Shown: piece after piece, positions 1 to 15,000 of the stretch
Layout: the number at the start of each line of letters is the position of its first letter
Numbering within the stretch: the stretch's first letter is position 1
Source: Nemertoderma westbladi
Taxonomy: Eukaryota; Animalia; Xenacoelomorpha
Direction of reading: 5' to 3'
Assembly (NCBI GenBank): GCA_032718475.1
Contig: JAUCBJ010002273.1
Location: 97,779 to 161,778, forward strand
Length of the DNA stretch: 64,000 bases
Made by a program: the position numbers and the translations under genes
Notes under the pieces: generated by a model
What the model was told of the DNA's origin: nothing
What the model saw: the letters and a program-made list of their open reading frames with translations, nothing else
Database searches by the model: none

Positions 1-3000
1 ACCTGCACTCTCTACTGTATCTATAGTACCCTTATACTAAACCTGCACTCTCTACTGTATCTATAGTACCTGCACTCTCTACTGTATCTATAGTACCCTT
101 ATACTATACCTGCACTCTCTACTGTATCTATAGTACCCTTATACTATACCTGCACTCTCTACTGTATCTATAGTACCCTTATACTATACCTGCACTCTCT
201 ACTGTATCTATAGTACCCTTATACTATACCTGCACTCTCTACTGTATCTATAGTACCCTTATACTATACCTGCACTCTCTACTGTATCTATAGTACCCTT
301 ATACTATACCTGCACTCTCTACTGTATCTATAGTACCCTTATACTATACCTGCACTCTCTACTGTATCTATAGTACCCTTATACTATACCTGCACTCTCT
401 ACTGTATCTATAGTACCCTTATACTATACCTGCACTCTCTACTGTATCTATAGTACCCTTATACTATACCTGCACTCTCTACTCCATCTATAGTACCCTT
501 ATACTATACCTGCACTCTCTACTGTATCTATAGTACCCTTATACTATACCTGCACTCTCTACTGTATCTATAGTACCCTTATACTATACCTGCACTCTCT
601 ACTGTATCTATAGTACCCTTATACTATACCTGCACTCTCTACTGTATCTATAGTACCCTTATACTATACCTGCACTCTCTACTGTATCTATAGTACCCTT
701 ATACTATACCTGCACTCTCTACTGTATCTATAGTACCCTTATACTATACCTGCACTCTCTACTGTATCTATAGTACCCTTATACTATACCTGCACTCTCT
801 ACTGTATCTATAGTACCCTTATACTATACCTGCACTCTCTACTGTATCTATAGTACCCTTATACTATACCTGCACTCTCTACTGTATCTATAGTACCCTT
901 ATACTATACCTGCACTCTCTACTGTATCTATAGTACCCTTATACTATACCTGCACTCTCTACTGTATCTATAGTACCCTTATACTATACCTGCACTCTCT
1001 ACTGTATCTATAGTACCCTTATACTATACCTGCACTCTCTACTGTATCTATAGTACCCTTATACTATACCTGCACTCTCTACTGTATCTATAGTACCCTT
1101 ATACTATACCTGCACTCTCTACTCCATCTATAGTACCCTTATACTATACCTGCACTCTCTACTTCCATCTATAGTACCCTTATACTATACCTGCACTCTC
1201 TACTCCATCTATAGTACCCTTATACTATACCTGCACTCTCTACTGTATCTATAGTACCCTTATACTATACCTGCACTCTCTACTGTATCTATAGTACCCT
1301 TATACTATACCTGCACTCTCTACTGTATCTATAGTACCCTTATACTATACCTGCACTCTCTACTGTATCTATAGTACCCTTATACTATACCTGCACTCTC
1401 TACTGTATCTATAGTACCCTTATACTATACCTGCACTCTCTACTGTATCTATAGTACCCTTATACTATACCTGCACTCTCTACTGTATCTATAGTACCCT
1501 TATACTATACCTGCACTCTCTACTGTATCTATAGTACCCTTATACTATACCTGCACTCTCTACTGTATCTATAGTACCCTTATACTATACCTGCACTCTC
1601 TACTCCATCTATAGTACCCTTATACTATACCTGCACTCTCTACTGTATCTATAGTACCCTTATACTATACCTGCACTCTCTACTCCATCTATAGTACCCT
1701 TATACTATACCTGCACTCTCTACTGTATCTATAGTACCCTTATACTATACCTGCACTCTCTACTTCCATCTATAGTACCCTTATACTATACCTGCACTCT
1801 CTACTGTATCTATAGTACCCTTATACTATACCTGCACTCTCTACTGTCCATCTATAGTACCCTTATACTATACCTGCACTCTCTACTCCATCTATAGTAC
1901 CCTTATACTATACCTGCACTCTCTACTGTATCTATAGTACCCTTATACTATACCTGCACTCTCTACTGTATCTATAGTACCCTTATACTATACCTGCACT
2001 CTCTACTGTATCTATAGTACCCTTATACTATACCTGCACTCTCTACTGTATCTATAGTACCCTTATACTATACCTGCACTCTCTACTGTATCTATAGTAC
2101 CCTTATACTATACCTGCACTCTCTACTGTATCTATAGTACCCTTATACTATACCTGCACTCTCTACTGTCATCTATAGTACCCTTATACTATACCTGCAC
2201 TCTCTACTGTATCTATAGTACCCTTATACTATACCTGCACTCTCTACTGTATCTATAGTACCCTTATACTATACCTGCACTCTCTACTCTATCTATAGTA
2301 CCCTTATACTATACCTGCACTCTCTACTTCCATCTATAGTACCCTTATACTATACCTGCACTCTCTACTGTATCTATAGTACCCTTATACTATACCTGCA
2401 CTCTCTACTTCCATCTATAGTACCCTTATACTATACCTGCACTCTCTACTTCCATCTATAGTACCCTTATACTATACCTGCACTCTCTACTGTCATCTAT
2501 AGTACCCTTATACTATACCTGCACTCTCTACTGTATCTATAGTACCCTTATACTATACCTGCACTCTCTACTGTATCTATAGTACCCTTATACTATACCT
2601 GCACTCTCTACTCCATCTATAGTACCCTTATACTATACCTGCACTCTCTACTGTCCATCTATAGTACCCTTATACTATACCTGCACTCTCTACTGTATCT
2701 ATAGTACCCTTATACTATACCTGCACTCTCTACTGTATCTATAGTACCCTTATACTATACCTGCACTCTCTACTCCATCTATAGTACCCTTATACTATAC
2801 CTGCACTCTCTACTGTATCTATAGTACCCTTATACTATACCTGCACTCTCTACTGTCCATCTATAGTACCCTTATACTATACCTGCACTCTCTACTGTAT
2901 CTATAGTACCCTTATACTATACCTGCACTCTCTACTGTATCTATAGTACCCTTATACTATACCTGCACTCTCTACTGTATCTATAGTACCCTTATACTAT

Positions 3001-6000
3001 ACCTGCACTCTCTACTTCCATCTATAGTACCCTTATACTATACCTGCACTCTCTACTGTATCTATAGTACCCTTATACTATACCTGCACTCTCTACTGTA
3101 TCTATAGTACCCTTATACTATACCTGCACTCTCTACTGTATCTATAGTACCCTTATACTATACCTGCACTCTCTACTGTCCATCTATAGTACCCTTATAC
3201 TATACCTGCACTCTCTACTGTATCTATAGTACCCTTATACTATACCTGCACTCTCTACTTCCATCTATAGTACCCTTATACTATACCTGCACTCTCTACT
3301 GTATCTATAGTACCCTTATACTATACCTGCACTCTCTACTCTATCTATAGTACCCTTATACTATACCTGCACTCTCTACTGTATCTATAGTACCCTTATA
3401 CTATACCTGCACTCTCTACTGTATCTATAGTACCCTTATACTATACCTGCACTCTCTACTGTATCTATAGTACCCTTATACTATACCTGCACTCTCTACT
3501 TCATCTATAGTACCCTTATACTATACCTGCACTCTCTACTTCCATCTATAGTACCCTTATACTATACCTGCACTCTCTACTGTATCTATAGTACCCTTAT
3601 ACTATACCTGCACTCTCTACTGTATCTATAGTACCCTTATACTATACCTGCACTCTCTACTTCCATCTATAGTACCCTTATACTATACCTGCACTCTCTA
3701 CTGTATCTATAGTACCCTTATACTATACCTGCACTCTCTACTTCCATCTATAGTACCCTTATACTATACCTGCACTCTCTACTCCATCTATAGTACCCTT
3801 ATACTATACCTGCACTCTCTACTCCATCTATAGTACCCTTATACTATACCTGCACTCTCTACTGTATCTATAGTACCCTTATACTATACCTGCACTCTCT
3901 ACTGTATCTATAGTACCCTTATACTATACCTGCACTCTCTACTGTATCTATAGTACCCTTATACTATACCTGCACTCTCTACTTCCATCTATAGTACCCT
4001 TATACTATACCTGCACTCTCTACTGTATCTATAGTACCCTTATACTATACCTGCACTCTCTACTGTATCTATAGTACCCTTATACTATACCTGCACTCTC
4101 TACTGTATCTATAGTACCCTTATACTATACCTGCACTCTCTACTTCCATCTATAGTACCCTTATACTATACCTGCACTCTCTACTGTATCTATAGTACCC
4201 TTATACTATACCTGCACTCTCTACTGTATCTATAGTACCCTTATACTATACCTGCACTCTCTACTGTATCTATAGTACCCTTATACTATACCTGCACTCT
4301 CTACTGTATCTATAGTACCCTTATACTATACCTGCACTCTCTACTGTATCTATAGTACCCTTATACTATACCTGCACTCTCTACTGTATCTATAGTACCC
4401 TTATACTATACCTGCACTCTCTACTGTATCTATAGTACCCTTATACTATACCTGCACTCTCTACTGTATCTATAGTACCCTTATACTATACCTGCACTCT
4501 CTACTCCATCTATAGTACCCTTATACTATACCTGCACTCTCTACTGTATCTATAGTACCCTTATACTATACCTGCACTCTCTACTGTATCTATAGTACCC
4601 TTATACTATACCTGCACTCTCTACTGTATCTATAGTACCCTTATACTATACCTGCACTCTCTACTGTATCTATAGTACCCTTATACTATACCTGCACTCT
4701 CTACTGTATCTATAGTACCCTTATACTATACCTGCACTCTCTACTGTATCTATAGTACCCTTATACTATACCTGCACTCTCTACTGTATCTATAGTACCC
4801 TTATACTATACCTGCACTCTCTACTGTATCTATAGTACCCTTATACTATACCTGCACTCTCTACTGTATCTATAGTACCCTTATACTATACCTGCACTCT
4901 CTACTGTATCTATAGTACCCTTATACTATACCTGCACTCTCTACTGTATCTATAGTACCCTTATACTATACCTGCACTCTCTACTGTATCTATAGTACCC
5001 TTATACTATACCTGCACTCTCTACTGTATCTATAGTACCCTTATACTATACCTGCACTCTCTACTTCATCTATAGTACCCTTATACTATACCTGCACTCT
5101 CTACTTCCATCTATAGTACCCTTATACTATACCTGCACTCTCTACTGTATCTATAGTACCCTTATACTATACCTGCACTCTCTACTGTATCTATAGTACC
5201 CTTATACTATACCTGCACTCTCTACTGTATCTATAGTACCCTTATACTATACCTGCACTCTCTACTGTATCTATAGTACCCTTATACTATACCTGCACTC
5301 TCTACTGTATCTATAGTACCCTTATACTATACCTGCACTCTCTACTCCATCTATAGTACCCTTATACTATACCTGCACTCTCTACTGTATCTATAGTACC
5401 CTTATACTATACCTGCACTCTCTACTTCCATCTATAGTACCCTTATACTATACCTGCACTCTCTACTGTATCTATAGTACCCTTATACTATACCTGCACT
5501 CTCTACTGTATCTATAGTACCCTTATACTATACCTGCACTCTCTACTGTATCTATAGTACCCTTATACTATACCTGCACTCTCTACTGTCATCTATAGTA
5601 CCCTTATACTATACCTGCACTCTCTACTGTATCTATAGTACCCTTATACTATACCTGCACTCTCTACTGTATCTATAGTACCCTTATACTATACCTGCAC
5701 TCTCTACTTCCATCTATAGTACCCTTATACTATACCTGCACTCTCTACTGTATCTATAGTACCCTTATACTATACCTGCACTCTCTACTGTATCTATAGT
5801 ACCCTTATACTATACCTGCACTCTCTACTGTATCTATAGTACCCTTATACTATACCTGCACTCTCTACTGTATCTATAGTACCCTTATACTATACCTGCA
5901 CTCTCTACTGTATCTATAGTACCCTTATACTATACCTGCACTCTCTACTGTATCTATAGTACCCTTATACTATACCTGCACTCTCTACTGTATCTATAGT

Positions 6001-9000
6001 ACCCTTATACTATACCTGCACTCTCTACTGTATCTATAGTACCCTTATACTATACCTGCACTCTCTACTGTATCTATAGTACCCTTATACTATACCTGCA
6101 CTCTCTACTCCATCTATAGTACCCTTATACTATACCTGCACTCTCTACTCCATCTATAGTACCCTTATACTATACCTGCACTCTCTACTGTATCTATAGT
6201 ACCCTTATACTATACCTGCACTCTCTACTGTATCTATAGTACCCTTATACTATACCTGCACTCTCTACTGTATCTATAGTACCCTTATACTATACCTGCA
6301 CTCTCTACTCCCTCTATAGTACCCTTATACTATACCTGCACTCTCTACTGTATCTATAGTACCCTTATACTATACCTGCACTCTCTACTGTATCTATAGT
6401 ACCCTTATACTATACCTGCACTCTCTACTGTATCTATAGTACCCTTATACTATACCTGCACTCTCTACTCCCTCTATAGTACCCTTATACTATACCTGCA
6501 CTCTCTACTGTATCTATAGTACCCTTATACTATACCTGCACTCTCTACTCCCTCTATAGTACCCTTATACTATACCTGCACTCTCTACTGTATCTATAGT
6601 ACCCTTATACTATACCTGCACTCTCTACTCCCTCTATAGTACCCTTATACTATACCTGCACTCTCTACTGTATCTATAGTACCCTTATACTATACCTGCA
6701 CTCTCTACTGTATCTATAGTACCCTTATACTATACCTGCACTCTCTACTGTATCTATAGTACCCTTATACTATACCTGCACTCTCTACTGTATCTATAGT
6801 ACCCTTACTACTATACCTGCACTCTCTACTGTATCTATAGTACCCTTATACTATACCTGCACTCTCTACTCCATCTATAGTACCCTTATACTATACCTGC
6901 ACTCTCTACTGTATCTATAGTACCCTTATACTATACCTGCACTCTCTACTGTATCTATAGTACCCTTATACTACTATACCTGCACTCTCTACTGTATCTA
7001 TAGTACCGTTATACTATACCTGCACTCTCTACTCCATCTATAGTACCCTTATACTATACCTGCACTCTCTACTGTATCTATAGTACCCTTATACTATACC
7101 TGCACTCTCTACTGTATCTATAGTACCCTTATACTATACCTGCACTCTCTACTGTATCTATAGTACCCTTATACTATACCTGCTCTCTCTACTGTATCTA
7201 TAGTACCCTTATACTATACCTGCACTCTCTACTGTATCTATAGTACCCTTATACTATACCTGCACTCTCTACTGTATCTATAGTACCCTTATACTATACC
7301 TGCACTCTCTACTGTATCTATAGTACCCTTATACTATACCTGCACTCTCTACTGTATCTATAGTACCCTTATACTACTATACCTGCACTCTCTACTGTAT
7401 CTATAGTACCCTTATACTACTATACCTGCACTCTCTACTGTATCTATAGTACCCTTATACTATACCTGCACTCTCTACTCCATCTATAGTACCCTTATAC
7501 TATACCTGCACTCTCTACTGTATCTATAGTACCCTTATACTATACCTGCACTCTCTACTGTATCTATAGTACCCTTATACTATACCTGCACTCTCTACTG
7601 TATCTATAGTACCCTTATACTATACCTGCACTCTCTACTGTATCTATAGTACCCTTATACTATACCTGCACTCTCTACTCCATCTATAGTACCCTTATAC
7701 TATACCTGCACTCTCTACTGTATCTATAGTACCCTTATACTATACCTGCACTCTCTACTGTATCTATAGTACCCTTATACTATACCTGCACTCTCTACTG
7801 TATCTATAGTACCCTTATACTATACCTGCACTCTCTACTGTATCTATAGTACCCTTATACTATACCTGCACTCTCTACTGTATCTATAGTACCCTTATAC
7901 TATACCTGCACTCTCTACTGTATCTATAGTACCCTTATACTATACCTGCACTCTCTACTCCATCTATAGTACCCTTATACTATACCTGCACTCTCTACTG
8001 TATCTATAGTACCCTTATACTATACCTGCACTCTCTACTGTATCTATAGTACCCTTATACTATACCTGCACTCTCTACTGTATCTATAGTACCCTTATAC
8101 TATACCTGCACTCTCTACTGTATCTATAGTACCCTTATACTATACCTGCACTCTCTACTGTATCTATAGTACCCTTATACTATACCTGCACTCTCTACTG
8201 TATCTATAGTACCCTTATACTATACCTGCACTCTCTACTGTATCTATAGTACCCTTATACTATACCTGCACTCTCTACTGTATCTATAGTACCCTTATAC
8301 TATACCTGCACTCTCTACTGTATCTATAGTACCCTTATACTATACCTGCACTCTCTACTGTATCTATAGTACCCTTATACTATACCTGCACTCTCTACTG
8401 TATCTATAGTACCCTTATACTATACCTGCTCTCTCTACTGTATCTATAGTACCCTTATACTATACCTCCACTCTCTACTCCATCTATAGTACCCTTATTC
8501 TATACCTGCACTCTCTACTGTATCTATAGTACCCTTATACTATACCTGCACTCTCTACTCCATCTATAGCACCCTTATACTATACCTGCACTCTCTACTG
8601 TATCTATAGTACCCTTATACTATACCTGCACTCTCTACTGTATCTTTAGTACCCTTATACTATACCTGCACTCTCTACTGTATCTATAGTACCCTTATAC
8701 TATACCTGCACTCTCTACTGTATCTATAGTACCCTTATACTATACCTGCACTCTCTACTGTATCTATAGTACCCTTATACTATACCTGCACTCTCTACTG
8801 TATCTATAGTACCCTTATACTATACCTGCACTCTCTACTGTATCTATAGTACCCTTATACTATACCTGCACTCTCTACTGTATCTATAGTACCCTTATAC
8901 TATACCTGCACTCTCTACTGCATCTATAGTACCCTTATACTATACCTGCACTCTCTACTGTATCTATAGTACCCTTATACTATACCTGCACTCTCTACTG

Positions 9001-12000
9001 TATCTATAGTACCCTTATACTATACCTGCACTCTCTACTGTATCTATAGTACCCTTATACTATACCTGCACTCTCTACTGTATCTATAGTACCCTTATAC
9101 TATACCTGCACTCTCTACTGTATCTATAGTACCCTTATACTATACCTGCACTCTCTACTGTATCTATAGTACCCTTATACTATACCTGCACTCCCTACTG
9201 TATCTATAGTACCCTTATACTATACCTGCACTCTCTACTGTATCTATAGTACCCTTATACTATACCTGCACTCTCTACTGTATCTATAGTACCCTTATAC
9301 TATACCTGCACTCTCTACTGTATCTATAGTACCCTTATACTATACCTGCACTCTCTACTGTATCTATAGTACCCTTATACTATACCTGCACTCTCTACTG
9401 TATCTATAGTACCCTTATACTATACCTGCACTCTCTACTGTATCTATAGTACCCTTATACTATACCTGCACTCTCTACTGTATCTATAGTACCCTTATAC
9501 TATACCTGCACTCTCTACTGTATCTATAGTACCCTTATACTATACCTGCACTCTCTACTGTATCTATAGTACCCTTATACTATACCTGCACTCTCTACTG
9601 TATCTATAGTACCCTTATACTATACCTGCACTCTCTACTGTATCTATAGTACCCTTATACTATACCTGCACTCTCTACTGTATCTATAGTACCCTTATAC
9701 TATACCTGCACTCTCTACTGTATCTATAGTACCCTTATACTATACCTGCACTCTCTACTGTATCTATAGTACCCTTATACTATACCTGCACTCTCTACTC
9801 TATCTATAGTACCCTTATACTATACCTGCACTCTCTACTGTATCTATAGTACCCTTATACTATACCTGCACTCTCTACTCCATCTATAGTACCCTTATAC
9901 TATACCTGCACTCTCTACTGTATCTATAGTACCCTTATACTATACCTGCACTCTCTACTCCATCTATAGTACCCTTATACTATACCTGCACTCTCTACTG
10001 TATCTATAGTACCCTTATACTATACCTGCACTCTCTACTGTATCTATAGTACCCTTATACTATACCTGCACTCTCTACTGTATCTATAGTACCCTTATAC
10101 TATACCTGCACTCTCTACTGTATCTATAGTACCCTTATACTATACCTGCACTCTCTACTGTATCTATAGTACCCTTATACTATACCTGCACTCTCTACTG
10201 TATCTATAGTACCCTTATACTATACCTGCACTCTCTACTGTATCTATAGTACCCTTATACTATACCTGCACTCTCTACTCCATCTATAGTACCGTTATAC
10301 TATACCTGCACTCTCTACTGTATCTATAGTACCCTTATACTATACCTGCACTCTCTACTCCATCTATAGTACCCTTATACTATACCTGCACTCTCTACTC
10401 CATCTATAGTACCCTTATACTATACCTGCACTCTCTACTCCATCTATAGTACCCTTATACTATACCTGCACTCTCTACTCCATCTATAGTACCCTTATAC
10501 TATACCTGCACTCTCTACTCCATCTATAGTACCCTTATACTATACCTGCACTCTCTACTGTATCTATAGTACCCTTATACTATACCTGCACTCTCTACTG
10601 TATCTATAGTACCCTTATACTATACCTGCACTCTCTACTCCATCTATAGTACCCTTATACTATACCTGCACTCTCTACTGTATCTATAGTACCCTTATAC
10701 TATACCTGCACTCTCTACTGTATCTATAGTACCCTTATACTATACCTGCACTCTCTACTGTATCTATAGTACCCTTATACTATACCTGCACTCTCTACTC
10801 CATCTATAGTACCCTTATACTATACCTGCACTCTCTACTGTATCTATAGTACCCTTATACTATACCTGCACTCTCTACTGTATCTATAGTACCCTTATAC
10901 TATACCTGCACTCTCTACTGTATCTATAGTACCCTTATACTATACCTGCACTCTCTACTGTATCTATAGTACCCTTATACTATACCTGCACTCTCTACTG
11001 TATCTATAGTACCCTTATACTATACCTGCACTCTCTACTGTATCTATAGTACCCTTATACTATACCTGCACTCTCTACTCTATCTATAGTACCCTTATAC
11101 TATACCTGCACTCTCTACTGTATCTATAGTACCCTTATACTATACCTGCACTCTCTACTCCATCTATAGTACCCTTATACTATACCTGCACTCTCTACTG
11201 TATCTATAGTACCCTTATACTATACCTGCACTCTCTACTGTATCTATAGTACCCTTATACTATACCTGCACTCTCTACTCCATCTATAGTACCCTTATAC
11301 TATACCTGCACTCTCTACTGTATCTATAGTACCCTTATACTATACCTGCACTCTCTACTGTATCTATAGTACCCTTATACTATACCTGCACTCTCTACTG
11401 TATCTATAGTACCCTTATACTATACCTGCACTCTCTACTGTATCTATAGTACCCTTATACTATACCTGCACTCTCTACTGTATCTATAGTACCCTTATAC
11501 TATACCTGCACTCTCTACTGTATCTATAGTACCCTTATACTATACCTGCACTCTCTACTCCATCTATAGTACCCTTATACTATACCTGCACTCTCTACTG
11601 TATCTATAGTACCCTTATACTATACCTGCACTCTCTACTGTATCTATAGTACCCTTATACTATACCTGCACTCTCTACTGTATCTATAGTACCCTTATAC
11701 TATACCTGCACTCTCTACTGTATCTATAGTACCCTTATACTATACCTGCACTCTCTACTGTATCTATAGTACCCTTATACTATACCTGCACTCTCTACTC
11801 CATCTATAGTACCCTTATACTATACCTGCACTCTCTACTGTATCTATAGTACCCTTATACTATACCTGCACTCTCTACTGTATCTATAGTACCCTTATAC
11901 TATACCTGCACTCTCTACTGTATCTATAGTACCCTTATACTATACCTGCACTCTCTACTCCATCTATAGTACCCTTATACTATACCTGCACTCTCTACTA

Positions 12001-15000
12001 TATCTATAGTACCCTTATACTATACCTGCACTCTCTACTGTATCTATAGTACCCTTATACTATACCTGCACTCTCTACTGTATCTATAGTACCCTTATAC
12101 TATACCTGCACTCTCTACTCCATCTATAGTACCCTTATACTATACCTGCACTCTCTACTGTATCTATAGTACCCTTATACTATACCTGCACTCTCTACTC
12201 CATCTATAGTACCCTTATACTATACCTGCACTCTCTACTGTATCTATAGTACCCTTATACTATACCTGCACTCTCTACTGTATCTATAGTACCCTTATAC
12301 TATACCTGCACTCTCTACTGTATCTATAGTACCCTTATACTATACCTGCACTCTCTACTGTATCTATAGTACCCTTATACTATACCTGCACTCTCTACTG
12401 TATCTATAGTACCCTTATACTATACCTGCACTCTCTACTGTATCTATAGTACCCTTATACTATACCTGCACTCTCTACTGTATCTATAGTACCCTTATAC
12501 TATACCTGCACTCTCTACTGTATCTATAGTACCCTTATACTATACCTGCACTCTCTACTGTATCTATAGTACCCTTATACTATACCTGCACTCTCTACTG
12601 TATCTATAGTACCCTTATACTATACCTGCACTCTCTACTGTATCTATAGTACCCTTATACTATACCTGCACTCCTACTGTATCTATAGTACCCTTATACT
12701 ATACCTGCACTCTCTACTGTATCTATAGTACCCTTATACTATACCTGCACTCTCTACTGTATCTATAGTACCCTTATACTATACCTGCACTCTCTACTGT
12801 ATCTATAGTACCCTTATACTATACCTGCACTCTCTACTGTATCTATAGTACCCTTATACTATACCTGCACTCTCTACTGTATCTATAGTACCCTTATACT
12901 ATACCTGCACTCTCTACTCCATCTATAGTACCCTTATACTATACCTGCACTCTCTACTGTATCTATAGTACCCTTATACTATACCTGCACTCTCTACTGT
13001 ATCTATAGTACCCTTATACTATACCTGCACTCCTACTGTATCTATAGTACCCTTATACTATACCTGCACTCTCTACTGTATCTATAGTACCGTTATACTA
13101 TACCTGCACTCTCTACTGTATCTATAGTACCCTTATACTATACCTGCACTCTCTACTGTATCTATAGTACCCTTATACTATACCTGCACTCTCTACTGTA
13201 TCTATAGTACCCTTATACTATACCTGCACTCTCTACTCCATCTATAGTACCCTTATACTATACCTGCACTCTCTACTTCCATCTATAGTACCCTTATACT
13301 ATACCTGCACTCTCTACTGTCCATCTATAGTACCCTTATACTATACCTGCACTCTCTACTGTATCTATAGTACCCTTATACTATACCTGCACTCTCTACT
13401 GTATCTATAGTACCCTTATACTATACCTGCACTCTCTACTGTATCTATAGTACCCTTATACTATACCTGCACTCTCTACTGTATCTATAGTACCCTTATA
13501 CTATACCTGCACTCTCTACTGTATCTATAGTACCCTTATACTATACCTGCACTCTCTACTGTATCTATAGTACCCTTATACTATACCTGCACTCTCTACT
13601 GTATCTATAGTACCCTTATACTATACCTGCACTCTCTACTGTATCTATAGTACCCTTATACTATACCTGCACTCTCTACTGTATCTATAGTACCCTTATA
13701 CTATACCTGCACTCTCTACTGTATCTATAGTACCCTTATACTATACCTGCACTCTCTACTGTATCTATAGTACCCTTATACTATACCTGCACTCTCTACT
13801 GTATCTATAGTACCCTTATACTATACCTGCACTCTCTACTGTATCTATAGTACCCTTATACTATACCTGCACTCTCTACTGTATCTATAGTACCCTTATA
13901 CTATACCTGCACTCTCTACTGTATCTATAGTACCCTTATACTATACCTGCACTCTCTACTGTATCTATAGTACCCTTATACTATACCTGCACTCTCTACT
14001 GTATCTATAGTACCCTTATACTATACCTGCACTCTCTACTCCATCTATAGTACCCTTATACTATACCTGCACTCTCTACTGTATCTATAGTACCCTTATA
14101 CTATACCTGCACTCTCTACTGTATCTATAGTACCCTTATACTATACCTGCACTCCTACTGTATCTATAGTACCCTTATACTATACCTGCACTCTCTACTG
14201 TATCTATAGTACCGTTATACTATACCTGCACTCTCTACTGTATCTATAGTACCCTTATACTATACCTGCACTCTCTACTGTATCTATAGTACCCTTATAC
14301 TATACCTGCACTCTCTACTGTATCTATAGTACCCTTATACTATACCTGCACTCTCTACTCCATCTATAGTACCCTTATACTATACCTGCACTCTCTACTT
14401 CCATCTATAGTACCCTTATACTATACCTGCACTCTCTACTTCCATCTATAGTACCCTTATACTATACCTGCACTCTCTACTGTATCTATAGTACCCTTAT
14501 ACTATACCTGCACTCTCTACTGTATCTATAGTACCCTTATACTATACCTGCACTCTCTACTGTATCTATAGTACCCTTATACTATACCTGCACTCTCTAC
14601 TGTATCTATAGTACCCTTATACTATACCTGCACTCTCTACTGTATCTATAGTACCCTTATACTATACCTGCACTCTCTACTGTATCTATAGTACCGTTAT
14701 ACTATACCTGCACTCTCTACTCCATCTATAGTACCCTTATACTATACCTGCACTCTCTACTGTATCTATAGTACCCTTATACTATACCTGCACTCTCTAC
14801 TCCATCTATAGTACCCTTATACTATACCTGCACTCTCTACTGTATCTATAGTACCCTTATACTATACCTGCACTCTCTACTGTATCTATAGTACCCTTAT
14901 ACTATACCTGCACTCTCTACTGTATCTATAGTACCCTTATACTATACCTGCACTCTCTACTGTATCTATAGTACCCTTATACTATACCTGCACTCTCTAC

